Part shown: positions 37,945 through 47,664 of the stretch, piece after piece
Layout: each line of letters starts with the position of its first letter
How positions within the stretch are numbered: the stretch's first letter is position 1
IMG/VR virus record: IMGVR_UViG_3300027754_005796
Span: 1 to 64,000 of that record
Strand: one strand, 5' to 3'
DNA from: a virus
Length of the DNA stretch: 64,000 bases
The notes under the pieces: generated by a model
The model's database searches: none
What the model was told of the DNA's origin: nothing
What the model saw: the letters and a program-made list of their open reading frames with translations, nothing else
Translations under genes and position numbers: made by a program

Positions 37945-40023
37945 ATGGCCAGCGTTCTTAAAAAGTACATCGAAAAATTCGACCGCTCTCGTTTTCGTGA
38001 GCTTAATTCGGAATTCAGTTTTGCCGAGTACATTGAGCTTTGTTACAAGAATCCAAAGCTCATTCGCAACTCTTGGCAAACCATTTATGATATGATCATG
38101 GAGAAGGGAAGCTACCAAGTCGAAGAGTATCGTAAGACTTACACCAACTACAACTTCTTTGATGACTCAGATTATCCTATCATTGGACTTACACCTATGA
38201 AGGATTCCCTTGTTAAGTTTGTCAAGGGTGCTGCCGGTGGATACGGAACTGAAAAAAGAATTCTCCTACTGCATGGTCCCGTGGGCAGTAGCAAGTCCAC
38301 TCTTTGTCGCTTAATTAAGCGCAGTATGGAAAAGTACAGCCGTACAGATGATGGCGCTTGGTATTCATTCAAGTGGATCAACTTGCCAACTGGTTCTGAT
38401 GGCCTCTATACCGATACCGAATGTCTTTGCCCCATGCACGAGCAGCCCCTAAAGCTTCTCCCTAATGAAGTGCGTCAGGAAATCGTTGCAGAACTGAACA
38501 AGATTCACGAGGAGCATGCCGCTGAATCACAAAAGCCAGACCTTTACACGCTCAAGTGCAACGATGAACTTGATCCTCTTTGCAAGCGATTCATGAAAGA
38601 TTTGCTCAAGCGATATGATGGCGATCTTGAAAAGGTGCTTGAAAATCACATTCGTGTGATTCGCAAGGTTTACTCCGAGGCTGATCGGTGCGGCATCGCA
38701 ACCTTCCAGCCCAAAGACGAGAAGAACCAAGACAGCACCGAATTGACGGGCGACATCAACTTTCGTCAAATCGGAAACTTTGGTACAGACAGCGATCCAC
38801 GAGCTTTTAGTTTTGATGGCGAATTCTGTGTGGGCAATCGTGGTATCATCGAGTTTATCGAAGCCCTTAAGCTTGATACTGCATTCCTTTATGATCTCCT
38901 TGGTGCAAGCCAAGAGCAGAGCATTAAGCCTAAGAAGTTTTCGCAGGTCAGCATTGATGAGGCAATTCTCTGTCACACTAACGATCCAGAATTCCAGAAA
39001 TTGAAATCCAATCAATACATGGAAGCTTTCCGTGATCGCACCACCAAGATCGATGTACCCTACACTCTGAGGTGGTCAGAGGAACTCAAGATTCTTGAGA
39101 AGGACTATGGTCCCGGCAAGGTGCGTCAACACATTGCCCCACACACCCTTGAAATTGCCGCCCTTTGGTCTGTTCTCACCCGTCTGGCAGATGATAAGGA
39201 TGGCAAGCTCAGTTTGGTCGAAAAGGCTGAACTATATGATGGGAAGCTTCTCCCCGGCTGGACCGAAGACTCCGTCAAGGAGTTGAAGGACAAGTATCCA
39301 GACGAAGGAATGATGTTTGGCGTGTCTGTGCGTTACTTGCAAGACAAGATTTCCAACTGTCTTGCAAATAACCATGACTATGTCAATATGTTCATGGTTT
39401 TGAATGAGCTCAGAGATGGTCTTGATCATAGTTCCTTGCTCACAAACAAAGAGCAAGTTGGTCGCTACATTACTTGTATCGACCTTTGCATCAAGAAGCT
39501 TACTGAAATCCTTAAAACGGAGGTTCAAAAGGCTTTGGTTGGAGATAAGGAAGCTATCAAACGCCTTTGCACTAATTACATAGACAATGTGATGGCATAC
39601 ATCAACAAGTCCAAGATTAAGGACCAAATTACGGGACAAGACCGTAAGCCCGATGAAAGGCTTATGCGAGCAATCGAGGAAAAGATTCAGATTCCAGATA
39701 CTGGATGTGATGATTTTCGTCGTCAAATCGCTGCTTTCATTGGTCATTTGGCGCATGAGCACAAGATTTTCCAATGGGATAGCAATCCCAAGCTTCGCAA
39801 GGCTCTTGAGGCCAAGCTGTTTGAGGATGTTAAGGACACCATCAAGTTGAGTGCTCTCAGCGTGAATGGTGCTTCTGTTGTTGACAAGGACATCCAAGAA
39901 AAGATTGATGCAGTTAAAACACGACTCATCAAAGATTTTGGGTACAACGAAAGGTCTGCTACAGATGTGCTAGAATTTGTGGGTGCGATTTTTAGCAGAG
40001 GAGACCTTGCTGAAGACGAGTAA
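37945..40023 (+). CDS. prkA: PrkA/YeaG AAA+ ATPase (serine kinase family)
   Basis: LLLHGPVGSSKS, CPMHEQPL, FQPKDEKNQDSTELTGD, SDPRAFSFDGE, NRGIIEFIE, HIAPHTLE. Confidence 0.93.
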   Translation: MASVLKKYIEKFDRSRFRELNSEFSFAEYIELCYKNPKLIRNSWQTIYDMIMEKGSYQVEEYRKTYTNYNFFDDSDYPIIGLTPMKDSLVKFVKGAAGGYGTEKRILLLHGPVGSSKSTLCRLIKRSMEKYSRTDDGAWYSFKWINLPTGSDGLYTDTECLCPMHEQPLKLLPNEVRQEIVAELNKIHEEHAAESQKPDLYTLKCNDELDPLCKRFMKDLLKRYDGDLEKVLENHIRVIRKVYSEADRCGIATFQPKDEKNQDSTELTGDINFRQIGNFGTDSDPRAFSFDGEFCVGNRGIIEFIEALKLDTAFLYDLLGASQEQSIKPKKFSQVSIDEAILCHTNDPEFQKLKSNQYMEAFRDRTTKIDVPYTLRWSEELKILEKDYGPGKVRQHIAPHTLEIAALWSVLTRLADDKDGKLSLVEKAELYDGKLLPGWTEDSVKELKDKYPDEGMMFGVSVRYLQDKISNCLANNHDYVNMFMVLNELRDGLDHSSLLTNKEQVGRYITCIDLCIKKLTEILKTEVQKALVGDKEAIKRLCTNYIDNVMAYINKSKIKDQITGQDRKPDERLMRAIEEKIQIPDTGCDDFRRQIAAFIGHLAHEHKIFQWDSNPKLRKALEAKLFEDVKDTIKLSALSVNGASVVDKDIQEKIDAVKTRLIKDFGYNERSATDVLEFVGAIFSRGDLAEDE

Positions 40024-40072
40024 TGTCTAACTGAGAGGGGCCTAGTGCCCCTCGTTTTTTAGGAGAAGTGAT

Positions 40073-40291
40073 ATGCAAAATCCTTGGTTGAATGTTTCTA
40101 AGAGTAAGCAAACGATGAGAGAGATTGATGAAATTGCAATGGAAGTTTGGGGAGATAGTGGAACCCTGAGCGATTTCTTTGCAGCACTTACAGATGAACA
40201 AACAGATTTTCTATTCAGCATGAAAATCAAAGACTTTGCCTGCGATCTTGATGATACGACCTGTGGTTTTGAACTTTCTGATCCAGAATGA
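40073..40291 (+). CDS. Small acidic hypothetical protein
   Basis: 72 aa; AGGAG SD; between prkA and yeaH. Confidence 0.55.
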   Translation: MQNPWLNVSKSKQTMREIDEIAMEVWGDSGTLSDFFAALTDEQTDFLFSMKIKDFACDLDDTTCGFELSDPE

Positions 40292-40332
40292 GTATGTAAA
40301 AACAGTTTTTTGTATAGCTTATGAGGTAAAAA

Positions 40333-41544
40333 ATGTGCCCTCGCCGTATAGAAGAGGATCATAAAGATTTTCGTGATGTCGTTTCTGGACGCATCCGCAA
40401 AGCTTTAAAGAAGTTTATTAAAAGCGGACAGATCGTAAGAAATAGGGGCAAAAACGGGAAGATATCAATCAGTATTCCCAAGATTGATATTCCGCACATT
40501 GTCTACGGTGACAGCGGTGAGGGAGCAGGTCGTGGCCCCGGTAAGGAAGGCGATGTAATTGGCAAAGACCCCAAAGGTGGCAAGGGTAATGGTGCAGGTC
40601 AGGGAGAATCTGAAGGTATAAATATCAACCTTGATCTTGAAGATGTTTTGAAATTCATGCAGGACGAACTGCAACTTCCCAACCTCAAAAAGAAACCAAA
40701 TGAAATCTACGATGAAGTGAAAATCAAATACAATAAGATTTCACTTATCGGTCCAGAATCTCTTCGTCACAATAGACGCACCTTGATGCAAACCATGAAG
40801 CGTCAAGCAGCAGAGGGTACTTTAAATAATCTCAAGGTTGTTCCCGGCTTGAAAGACCCTGTACGAGTCTTGCAGCCTATTAATGAGGACAAGCGTTATC
40901 GACAGTTCAGCGAAGTAAAACTGCCATCAAGCAATGCCTTAGTGGTTTTTGCTCGTGACGGCTCAGGTTCAATGGACGAAACCAAGTGCGAAATTGTCAG
41001 CGATATGACTTGGTGGATCGATACTTGGATCAGAAGATTTTATGACCGTGTTGATAGGCTTTATGTCTGGCACGATAGTACGGCTATGGAAGTAGATGAA
41101 GATAAGTTTTACAAATATAGGTATGGCGGTGGCACTACTTGTTCGTCGGCCCTAAAATTCATCACAAAGCAATTTGAGAACAGATACCCGCCTGACAAGT
41201 GGAATATTTATGTGTTTTATTTCACCGATGGGGAAAATTGGGGTGATGACAACGATATTTTCATTAATGCCTTGGCTGAAGAATTTAAACCAAATATCGT
41301 TAATTTTACAGGCATAACTCAAATTCTTGCAGGAACTTATAACGATTCTGTCAAGCATCATGTTGATGATGCCATTAAGAATGGAAAACTTGACAAGGAG
41401 TATGTTCGCACCGTGGCTATTGGAGGCGGGAGCGGAGCAACCCCTTGGTCTATGCCTTCATTGTCTGAGCAAAATAGGAATGAACAAATAATTGATGCAA
41501 TTCAGGTGCTTCTAGGAAATCCAAATAAAGTTTCTCGTGATTGA
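40333..41544 (+). CDS. yeaH: YeaH/YhbH (DUF444) vWA-domain protein
   Basis: DHKDFRDVV, Gly-rich GPGKEGDVIG segment, MIDAS DGSGS, GGTTCSSA, YPPDKWNIY, TDGEN. Confidence 0.9.
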   Translation: MCPRRIEEDHKDFRDVVSGRIRKALKKFIKSGQIVRNRGKNGKISISIPKIDIPHIVYGDSGEGAGRGPGKEGDVIGKDPKGGKGNGAGQGESEGININLDLEDVLKFMQDELQLPNLKKKPNEIYDEVKIKYNKISLIGPESLRHNRRTLMQTMKRQAAEGTLNNLKVVPGLKDPVRVLQPINEDKRYRQFSEVKLPSSNALVVFARDGSGSMDETKCEIVSDMTWWIDTWIRRFYDRVDRLYVWHDSTAMEVDEDKFYKYRYGGGTTCSSALKFITKQFENRYPPDKWNIYVFYFTDGENWGDDNDIFINALAEEFKPNIVNFTGITQILAGTYNDSVKHHVDDAIKNGKLDKEYVRTVAIGGGSGATPWSMPSLSEQNRNEQIIDAIQVLLGNPNKVSRD

Positions 41545-41555
41545 GAGGATCAGAC

Positions 41556-44500
41556 ATGTCCAGTAAGTTTTTTCACGGCTCCAGCGTTCTTCTTGGTGAC
41601 AACACAGTTCCCGGTGTGGGGCTTTCCAAGGAATTAAAAGAATTCATTCCCAAGATTCTCCACGCTTGTCGTGAATGGGGCTTGGATTTTCATCCCACGG
41701 TTGTTCAAATGTTGACTTACGATGAGATCAGCGAAATAGCTGCATATGGCGGTTTTCCCGTTCGTTTTCCACATTGGTCTTTCGGCATGGAATACGAAGA
41801 GCTCCAGCGTGGTTACGAATTCGGAATGCACAAAATATATGAAATGGTTATTAATTGCTTAATTTCTTCTGTAAATTTAAGCAGCACAAGGGGTTGCATT
41901 AAAGTTTCCGATGTTGAGGTTGGGGATGTTTTATTCAGCAAGAATGGACCAAGGAAGGTAGTAGCGATTAAAAAGCAACAAAAAAGCAAGGTTTGCAAAA
42001 TCAACGCAATTGGTTATGCACAAGAAACAATTTGTACGCCAAATCATAAGTGGCAAGTCTTAAGAGGGAGCAAGCCCGAATGGGTAGAGGCAGCTAATTT
42101 AGTTGAAGGCGATCTTTTGATTGCAGGTGGTAAGTATGAGAATTTCTTAGGGCTTGCCTCTCGTATTTATTGGTCTAAGGATAAGGTTTTTGAATCGACT
42201 CTGCCGAATGTTAGGTGGAAGTTGGAGGAAATTGATCCTCCAAACCACATGACCGTTGAGCTTGCTGAACTTTTGGGAATTTGCACCGGGGATGGAAGTT
42301 CAGGGGTAAGCGGTTCCGAAAATACAATTGCAATTGCTGTTGGTAAGAAAAACAAGCAATACCAATTGCACATCAAGAATTTGTTTTTTAATGTATTTCA
42401 AAAAGAATCTGCCATATACGAAAAGACGGGCGGCGACAGCGTTACGCTTTGCTCAAAATATGCTGTGGACTATTTCAATGTTATTGGTTTGAAAAAGAAT
42501 GTTACTTTTGAATCAAAAAGGGTTCCGTCTTCAATTTGGCAGTCATCTAACGAGTATAAAGCATTCTTTTTAAGAGGTGTTTTTGACACAGACGGTCATG
42601 TTAAAACTAGTTTGCAAATGTCCAGTAAGAGTTTTGATTTAGTTAAAGATGTACAGCTTTTGCTCCTTGAAATTGGCATTTTCAGTAAAGTGGTCCATGT
42701 TGAAAATAAACATAACAATATTTATGTTTTGTACATTCATGGAAGAAGCAATCAGATTGCTTTTGCAAAATATGTCAATTTTTCAATTCAATATAAGAAG
42801 GAAGCTTTAGAAAATTTGATCAATTCAGGTTATGCAATTGCTCATGGCAATAAGATGCCTGAATTGCAAAAAGAGATACTTAAAAGGTTAGAAGAACTTC
42901 CAAATCCAAGAAAAATCCTGGCTTGGATTAAGAGATGGAAATGGATTTCTAAAAAAAACGATTTGGGCTCAAACTCTTTGTGGAGTTTTGTTTCTAGGCT
43001 TAAAAGTGCGGGTTTTTTAGGCTTTGAAGATTTGCTCCAAATACTAGAAAGTCCTATGTACATAGTCGAAAGTGTTTCCGACTGTGGTGAGGACGAAACC
43101 ATAGACATTGCTCTGGACCACGACGAGCATGATTTCTTGGCGAATGGTTTAGTGTCCCACAACACTAATCCTTGCTATATCTACAATTTAGCTTCTAATA
43201 CTTTGGCCGATCACTTGACTGTTGTTGCACATGCGACTGGCCACAATGATTTTTTCAAAAACAATATTCATTTTTCGGCAACTGATACAAACATGTTGAA
43301 TAAGATGGCTAATCATGGCACTCGTATTCGCAAATATATGGCTCGTTGGGGCAAGGAGAGAGTTGTTGAGTTTCTCGATCATGTAATGCGCCTTGAAACT
43401 TTGATTGATGGTGCTGAGGCTTGGGACGATAGGATTATTAAAGAAAAAAACATTCGTGACGAAAGGCAATATCGCACGCCGAAGAGACTTGTTGTTGATA
43501 AGCAGCGAATGTACATGGAACCTTTCTTAAATACCTCTGAATATCGCAAGAAACAAAACGAAAAGTGCTACGATGCAGACATTTCGGAAGAAATCGGTTT
43601 CTTTAAGCAGCCAACCAAAAATATTCTGGGTTTTTTGAGAGACAATGCCCCTCTTAAACCTTGGCAGGCTGATATTGTGTCGATGCTTTATGAAGAGGCT
43701 ATGTATTTTTATCCTCAGAGGCAAACTAAGGTATTGAACGAAGGATGGGCCTGCGGGGAACGCAATACTTTGGTTGCTACAGATAGGGGTATTTTGACTT
43801 TAGGTGAAATCGTAGATAAGCGATTGCCTGTCACGGTTTATGACGGAGACAACGAGAGGAAGGTCGCTAATTGGTTTACTTTTGAAAACCGTGATGTTTA
43901 TCAGATAGAGACACGGCGTGGATACTTATTTAAGGGATCAAACAATCATCGGGTTATGGGAGATCAAGATTGGGTTCGTCTTGATAACATGAAGATTGGT
44001 CAATCGGTAAAAATTTCTTGTTCCAACCTTTGGACAGAAGAGCTTCAGGCAATTGAATATCAGCCGATCCAAAGGCGAATTGAATTGAAAGAAATTGCTC
44101 AAAAAGCTTCTGTTTCTGTAAGTCAGGTTGCCTACAGGAAGTATCAGTATGAGGGAGAAGAGAAGGCCGACCAATTGGGTCTGCTTTTGAAGGATTACGA
44201 TAATCAAACGGCCACAACCATGAGGAACAAGAGGAAATCTATCGTTTTTCCTTCTTTGATGGACGAGGATTTTGCTTCTTTCATCGGCTACATGATTGGC
44301 GATGGACATATAAGCAAAAAAAAGAGGACTTTGGGTCTTACTACAGGCGATAAAGAGCAATGTGATAATTATGCCTTTTTGTTGGACAAACTTTTTGGTC
44401 TGAGGTGCAAGATTCGCTGGGATAATTCGTCGAAGAATGGAAGATATAGAATTAGCACTAGCTCTAAAGAGCTTGAAGATTTGTTGGTCTATTTGGGATT

Positions 44501-45662
44501 GAAGACTGGCATATGTGCTCGAATCAAGGAAATTCCAGAAATTATTTTGAAGTCACCGAAGAGCGTGGTCGCTGCTTTTATTCGTTCTTATTTTGATTGT
44601 GATGGTTATGCTGGAAATGCTGGTGTGATTCTATCGACATCAAGTGAATCAATGTCAATACAAATTCAGAATGTTTTGCTTAATTTTTCTATCATTTCAA
44701 CAAGACGAAAGCAGCAAGATTCTTGCTGGCATATTCGTATCACCGGCAGCGAAGCAAAAAAATATCATGAACAAATTGGCTTCGGGCTGAACAGGAAGCA
44801 AGACAAGCTCGAAAAATATATTTCTGATCACAAATGGTTTATTGAACCGAAGTTGGAAGATAAAATTGTCTCTGTTGAAAAAATCGGCACCGATGTTGTT
44901 TACGACATCACGGTCGAAACCACTCATCGATATGCTGCCGCAGGGTTTGTAAACCACAACAGCACCGTAGACTCTGTAATCATGGCTGAAATGGGCTTAA
45001 TTTCTCTTGGCCAAAAGAGCGATGATGTAGGCATCGTTGAATATGCAGAGCACAAAATGGGTGTTCTTGGTGGCAAATATAGCACAAATCCTTATAAGCT
45101 TGGTTATTATTTGTTGTCTGATATTCGTGAGCGATGGGACAAGGGCAGGTTTGGGCAGGAGTGGGAGGAGTGCAACGATATGCACAAGAAAGAAACTTGG
45201 GACATCCCGACCAATCAAGGTAAAGATAAAATTTTTGAGGTGAGAAAGTATTATGACGATCTCACTTTCATTCACGAGTTTTTTACAGAGGATTTTTGCC
45301 GTAAGCAGGAATATTTTTACTGGAAACATTATCCCAACGGTGAATATCGTCTTGAGAGTCGTGATTACAAAAAAATCAAACAAATACTCATGCGAAAGCA
45401 TATCAATGGTGGTCTGCCAGATATTAAATTGACTGAGCCGAACTACTCAGGACGAGGAATTATGATGCTCCAACACGAGTATGATGGCAGGCCTTTGTAC
45501 GACCCTTACATTGGTGATGTTCTGTCTTCAATTCGATACATTTGGAACAATGATGTTGTTTTAGCCACGCAGGACAAGACTGGCAAGGAAAAGTTTTATT
45601 TTGCTTCCGGCAACAATACTGTTCAGTTATTGGATCGTCAACAGTTGAAAAAAGTTGTCTAA
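41556..45662 (+). CDS. spoVR: SpoVR/YcgB-family protein with two inteins (about 529 aa after splicing)
   Basis: GGFPVRFPHWSFG, IYEMVIN|TNPCY, AHATGHNDFFKNN, YFYPQRQTKVLNEGWA|S, NPYKLG; GAGAGGA SD favours ATG 41556. Confidence 0.92.
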   Translation: MSSKFFHGSSVLLGDNTVPGVGLSKELKEFIPKILHACREWGLDFHPTVVQMLTYDEISEIAAYGGFPVRFPHWSFGMEYEELQRGYEFGMHKIYEMVINCLISSVNLSSTRGCIKVSDVEVGDVLFSKNGPRKVVAIKKQQKSKVCKINAIGYAQETICTPNHKWQVLRGSKPEWVEAANLVEGDLLIAGGKYENFLGLASRIYWSKDKVFESTLPNVRWKLEEIDPPNHMTVELAELLGICTGDGSSGVSGSENTIAIAVGKKNKQYQLHIKNLFFNVFQKESAIYEKTGGDSVTLCSKYAVDYFNVIGLKKNVTFESKRVPSSIWQSSNEYKAFFLRGVFDTDGHVKTSLQMSSKSFDLVKDVQLLLLEIGIFSKVVHVENKHNNIYVLYIHGRSNQIAFAKYVNFSIQYKKEALENLINSGYAIAHGNKMPELQKEILKRLEELPNPRKILAWIKRWKWISKKNDLGSNSLWSFVSRLKSAGFLGFEDLLQILESPMYIVESVSDCGEDETIDIALDHDEHDFLANGLVSHNTNPCYIYNLASNTLADHLTVVAHATGHNDFFKNNIHFSATDTNMLNKMANHGTRIRKYMARWGKERVVEFLDHVMRLETLIDGAEAWDDRIIKEKNIRDERQYRTPKRLVVDKQRMYMEPFLNTSEYRKKQNEKCYDADISEEIGFFKQPTKNILGFLRDNAPLKPWQADIVSMLYEEAMYFYPQRQTKVLNEGWACGERNTLVATDRGILTLGEIVDKRLPVTVYDGDNERKVANWFTFENRDVYQIETRRGYLFKGSNNHRVMGDQDWVRLDNMKIGQSVKISCSNLWTEELQAIEYQPIQRRIELKEIAQKASVSVSQVAYRKYQYEGEEKADQLGLLLKDYDNQTATTMRNKRKSIVFPSLMDEDFASFIGYMIGDGHISKKKRTLGLTTGDKEQCDNYAFLLDKLFGLRCKIRWDNSSKNGRYRISTSSKELEDLLVYLGLKTGICARIKEIPEIILKSPKSVVAAFIRSYFDCDGYAGNAGVILSTSSESMSIQIQNVLLNFSIISTRRKQQDSCWHIRITGSEAKKYHEQIGFGLNRKQDKLEKYISDHKWFIEPKLEDKIVSVEKIGTDVVYDITVETTHRYAAAGFVNHNSTVDSVIMAEMGLISLGQKSDDVGIVEYAEHKMGVLGGKYSTNPYKLGYYLLSDIRERWDKGRFGQEWEECNDMHKKETWDIPTNQGKDKIFEVRKYYDDLTFIHEFFTEDFCRKQEYFYWKHYPNGEYRLESRDYKKIKQILMRKHINGGLPDIKLTEPNYSGRGIMMLQHEYDGRPLYDPYIGDVLSSIRYIWNNDVVLATQDKTGKEKFYFASGNNTVQLLDRQQLKKVV
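41856..43163 (+). mobile_element. Intein 1 in SpoVR with LAGLIDADG endonuclease (436 aa)
   Basis: Starts CLISS, block B TPNH, LLGICTGDG and FLRGVFDTDG, ends LVSHN before Thr. Confidence 0.9.
43752..44960 (+). mobile_element. Intein 2 in SpoVR with LAGLIDADG endonuclease (403 aa)
   Basis: Starts CGERN, block B SNNH, FIGYMIGDG and FIRSYFDCDG, ends FVNHN before Ser. Confidence 0.9.
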
Positions 45663-46306
45663 TGACCACAACATACCAAAAAAATGGACACATACACGGT
45701 CACTATAATCCTGTAAGAGGCGGTGTATTTGACAGGATTGGCAGGGGTGCTGCTAGTATTTTCTGGACTCAAAACGGATATGAAATCAAAGATCACGACC
45801 GTGATGAGCAGCAAAGGTTGGTATGGCAGAATACTGACTTGAGAGTTTACAAGGAAAACAAATTCATAAACATAGAAGCTGCTGCCAAAAGAGCCAATTT
45901 ATTTAGATATGTGCGTCAAGGTGTTGATGTTGAAACCAGAAAATTAAAGATGACCCGCCCAGATGAGAAATCATTTGTGTGTATGTGTGACTACATTAAT
46001 GTGAGTGGAGTCAAGACTCACGGCGATGAGATGTTGATCATTCCGATGGAATGTCTAGTCGCTGCACAAAAGGATTGTGGTGAAACCTATGACGGCCAAA
46101 GAGATGTTGCGAGACATTCCGGGTTTTCGATGCCCGACCACGGTTGTCACCGAGTGAGAAAAAGGTGTATTCAAGGCATGATGCAGACTGGTGAAATCGA
46201 GGATTTTTATCGAGTGCCATATGAGTATGTGGTGCATTATAGAAAAAACGAAAATGGCCGATATGTTTTGTTGTACAATGCAGAAAGGAAAATGAAAAAT
46301 GGATGA
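45662..46306 (+). CDS. Hypothetical protein
   Basis: 214 aa, coupled to the spoVR stop. Confidence 0.65.
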   Translation: MTTTYQKNGHIHGHYNPVRGGVFDRIGRGAASIFWTQNGYEIKDHDRDEQQRLVWQNTDLRVYKENKFINIEAAAKRANLFRYVRQGVDVETRKLKMTRPDEKSFVCMCDYINVSGVKTHGDEMLIIPMECLVAAQKDCGETYDGQRDVARHSGFSMPDHGCHRVRKRCIQGMMQTGEIEDFYRVPYEYVVHYRKNENGRYVLLYNAERKMKNG

Positions 46307-46517
46307 TACAAACTACCTTTTGACTGATGAGTTTTTGGCTTTTGCTGAAAAGATCAAAACAGTACATGAAGATAAGAAGGCTAAAAAGGCCGAACTTAAG
46401 GTGTTCTTTGACAAGATACAAAATGATCTAAAAGCTCTAGATATTAAAGCCAAGGAATTAGAGGACCAATTCAATGCATGGAAAAAGGCACAAAGCACAA
46501 AGAGCAAAGAAGAATGA
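46299..46517 (+). CDS. Small coiled-coil protein
   Basis: 72 aa, K/E-rich. Confidence 0.6.
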   Translation: MDDTNYLLTDEFLAFAEKIKTVHEDKKAKKAELKVFFDKIQNDLKALDIKAKELEDQFNAWKKAQSTKSKEE

Positions 46518-46777
46518 GCGAAACTCCAAAAAAAAGTGATTATAACGCAACATATATCGCTAATGCTTATGCTACAGGATTGGCAGTTTGTCTAGTTGTT
46601 TTCATGAAGTCTTTTTCACCATCCTATTGGGTTGCCGCAAGTGTATTGGCTTGTTTGCTGTACGCTTTTGCGGCTATCAAACAAAGAAAAGATACCGGTT
46701 TTTTTGGGATGGTGTTTCTGTCTAGCCTTTGGTTTGTAATTTCATATATGTTATTCAGTCAATTTAAGCCAATGTAG
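46514..46777 (+). CDS. Small membrane protein (three predicted TM helices)
   Basis: Three hydrophobic stretches; probable start MSETPK overlapping the previous stop. Confidence 0.6.
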   Translation: MSETPKKSDYNATYIANAYATGLAVCLVVFMKSFSPSYWVAASVLACLLYAFAAIKQRKDTGFFGMVFLSSLWFVISYMLFSQFKPM

Positions 46778-46786
46778 GATTGAAAC

Positions 46787-47536
46787 ATGCCTAAGGTAAT
46801 AGATTGCTTTACCTTTTACAATGAATTCAAACTGCTTGATTTACGGCTTAAAGAATTAGATCAGATCGTAGATCAATTTGTTTTAGTGGAAGCAACAAAA
46901 ACATTCACGGGTCAAGATAAGCGTTTGTTTTTTGATGAAGTCAAGGATCGGTACAATAAGGCCAGAATAATTCATGTGGTTGTTGATGACATGCCTTCGG
47001 ACACAGACGCTTGGGGGCGTGAGAGACATCAAAGAAATTGCATAAGCAGGGGTTTGGATAGGATTTCTTTAAAAGACGATGACATTGTGGTTTTGACAGA
47101 TGTTGATGAAATACCAGATTCCCTTGCTTTAGAAATTGTATCAAAAGCTTGCATAAATGATTGCTTTGTGTTGGAAATGGATTTTTACTACTACAACCTG
47201 AATTGTAAATGGGAAGACAAATGGATGCATCCCAAGGTGTCCAATTACGGTAAATGCAAGGAGATGGGCGATTTTGAGACCATGAGAAGGTGGCCTTGTA
47301 GCATGGTTGTACCACATGGAGGTTGGCATTTTAGTTATTTTGGCGATATCGATTTTATTCGCAACAAGATTCAATCTTTCTCGCATCAAGAATACAACAC
47401 AGAAGAATACACTTCCCCAGAAAAAATTAAAAAATGCATCGATGAAGGAATTAGTTTGTTTGGAGAAAATAGAAGCACCCATGTTGATCCAGATGAAAAT
47501 AATTACTTGCCTAAAAATTGGAGGCTCTTGGCTTGA
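46787..47536 (+). CDS. GT17-family glycosyltransferase
   Basis: DCFTFYNE, VEATKTFTG, ERHQRN, TDVDEIP, GGWHFSY, KIQSFSHQE. Confidence 0.88.
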   Translation: MPKVIDCFTFYNEFKLLDLRLKELDQIVDQFVLVEATKTFTGQDKRLFFDEVKDRYNKARIIHVVVDDMPSDTDAWGRERHQRNCISRGLDRISLKDDDIVVLTDVDEIPDSLALEIVSKACINDCFVLEMDFYYYNLNCKWEDKWMHPKVSNYGKCKEMGDFETMRRWPCSMVVPHGGWHFSYFGDIDFIRNKIQSFSHQEYNTEEYTSPEKIKKCIDEGISLFGENRSTHVDPDENNYLPKNWRLLA

Positions 47537-47664
47537 TTGTTGATCAATCCATTAAGGTTTTTGCGTAGAACGGCAGAAATCGGCTTGATTAAATCAAAAC
47601 CAAATGCTTAAATCGCCCATAGGTAGATTTAAGTAGATTTTTAGGAACGGCTGAAATAAACATC

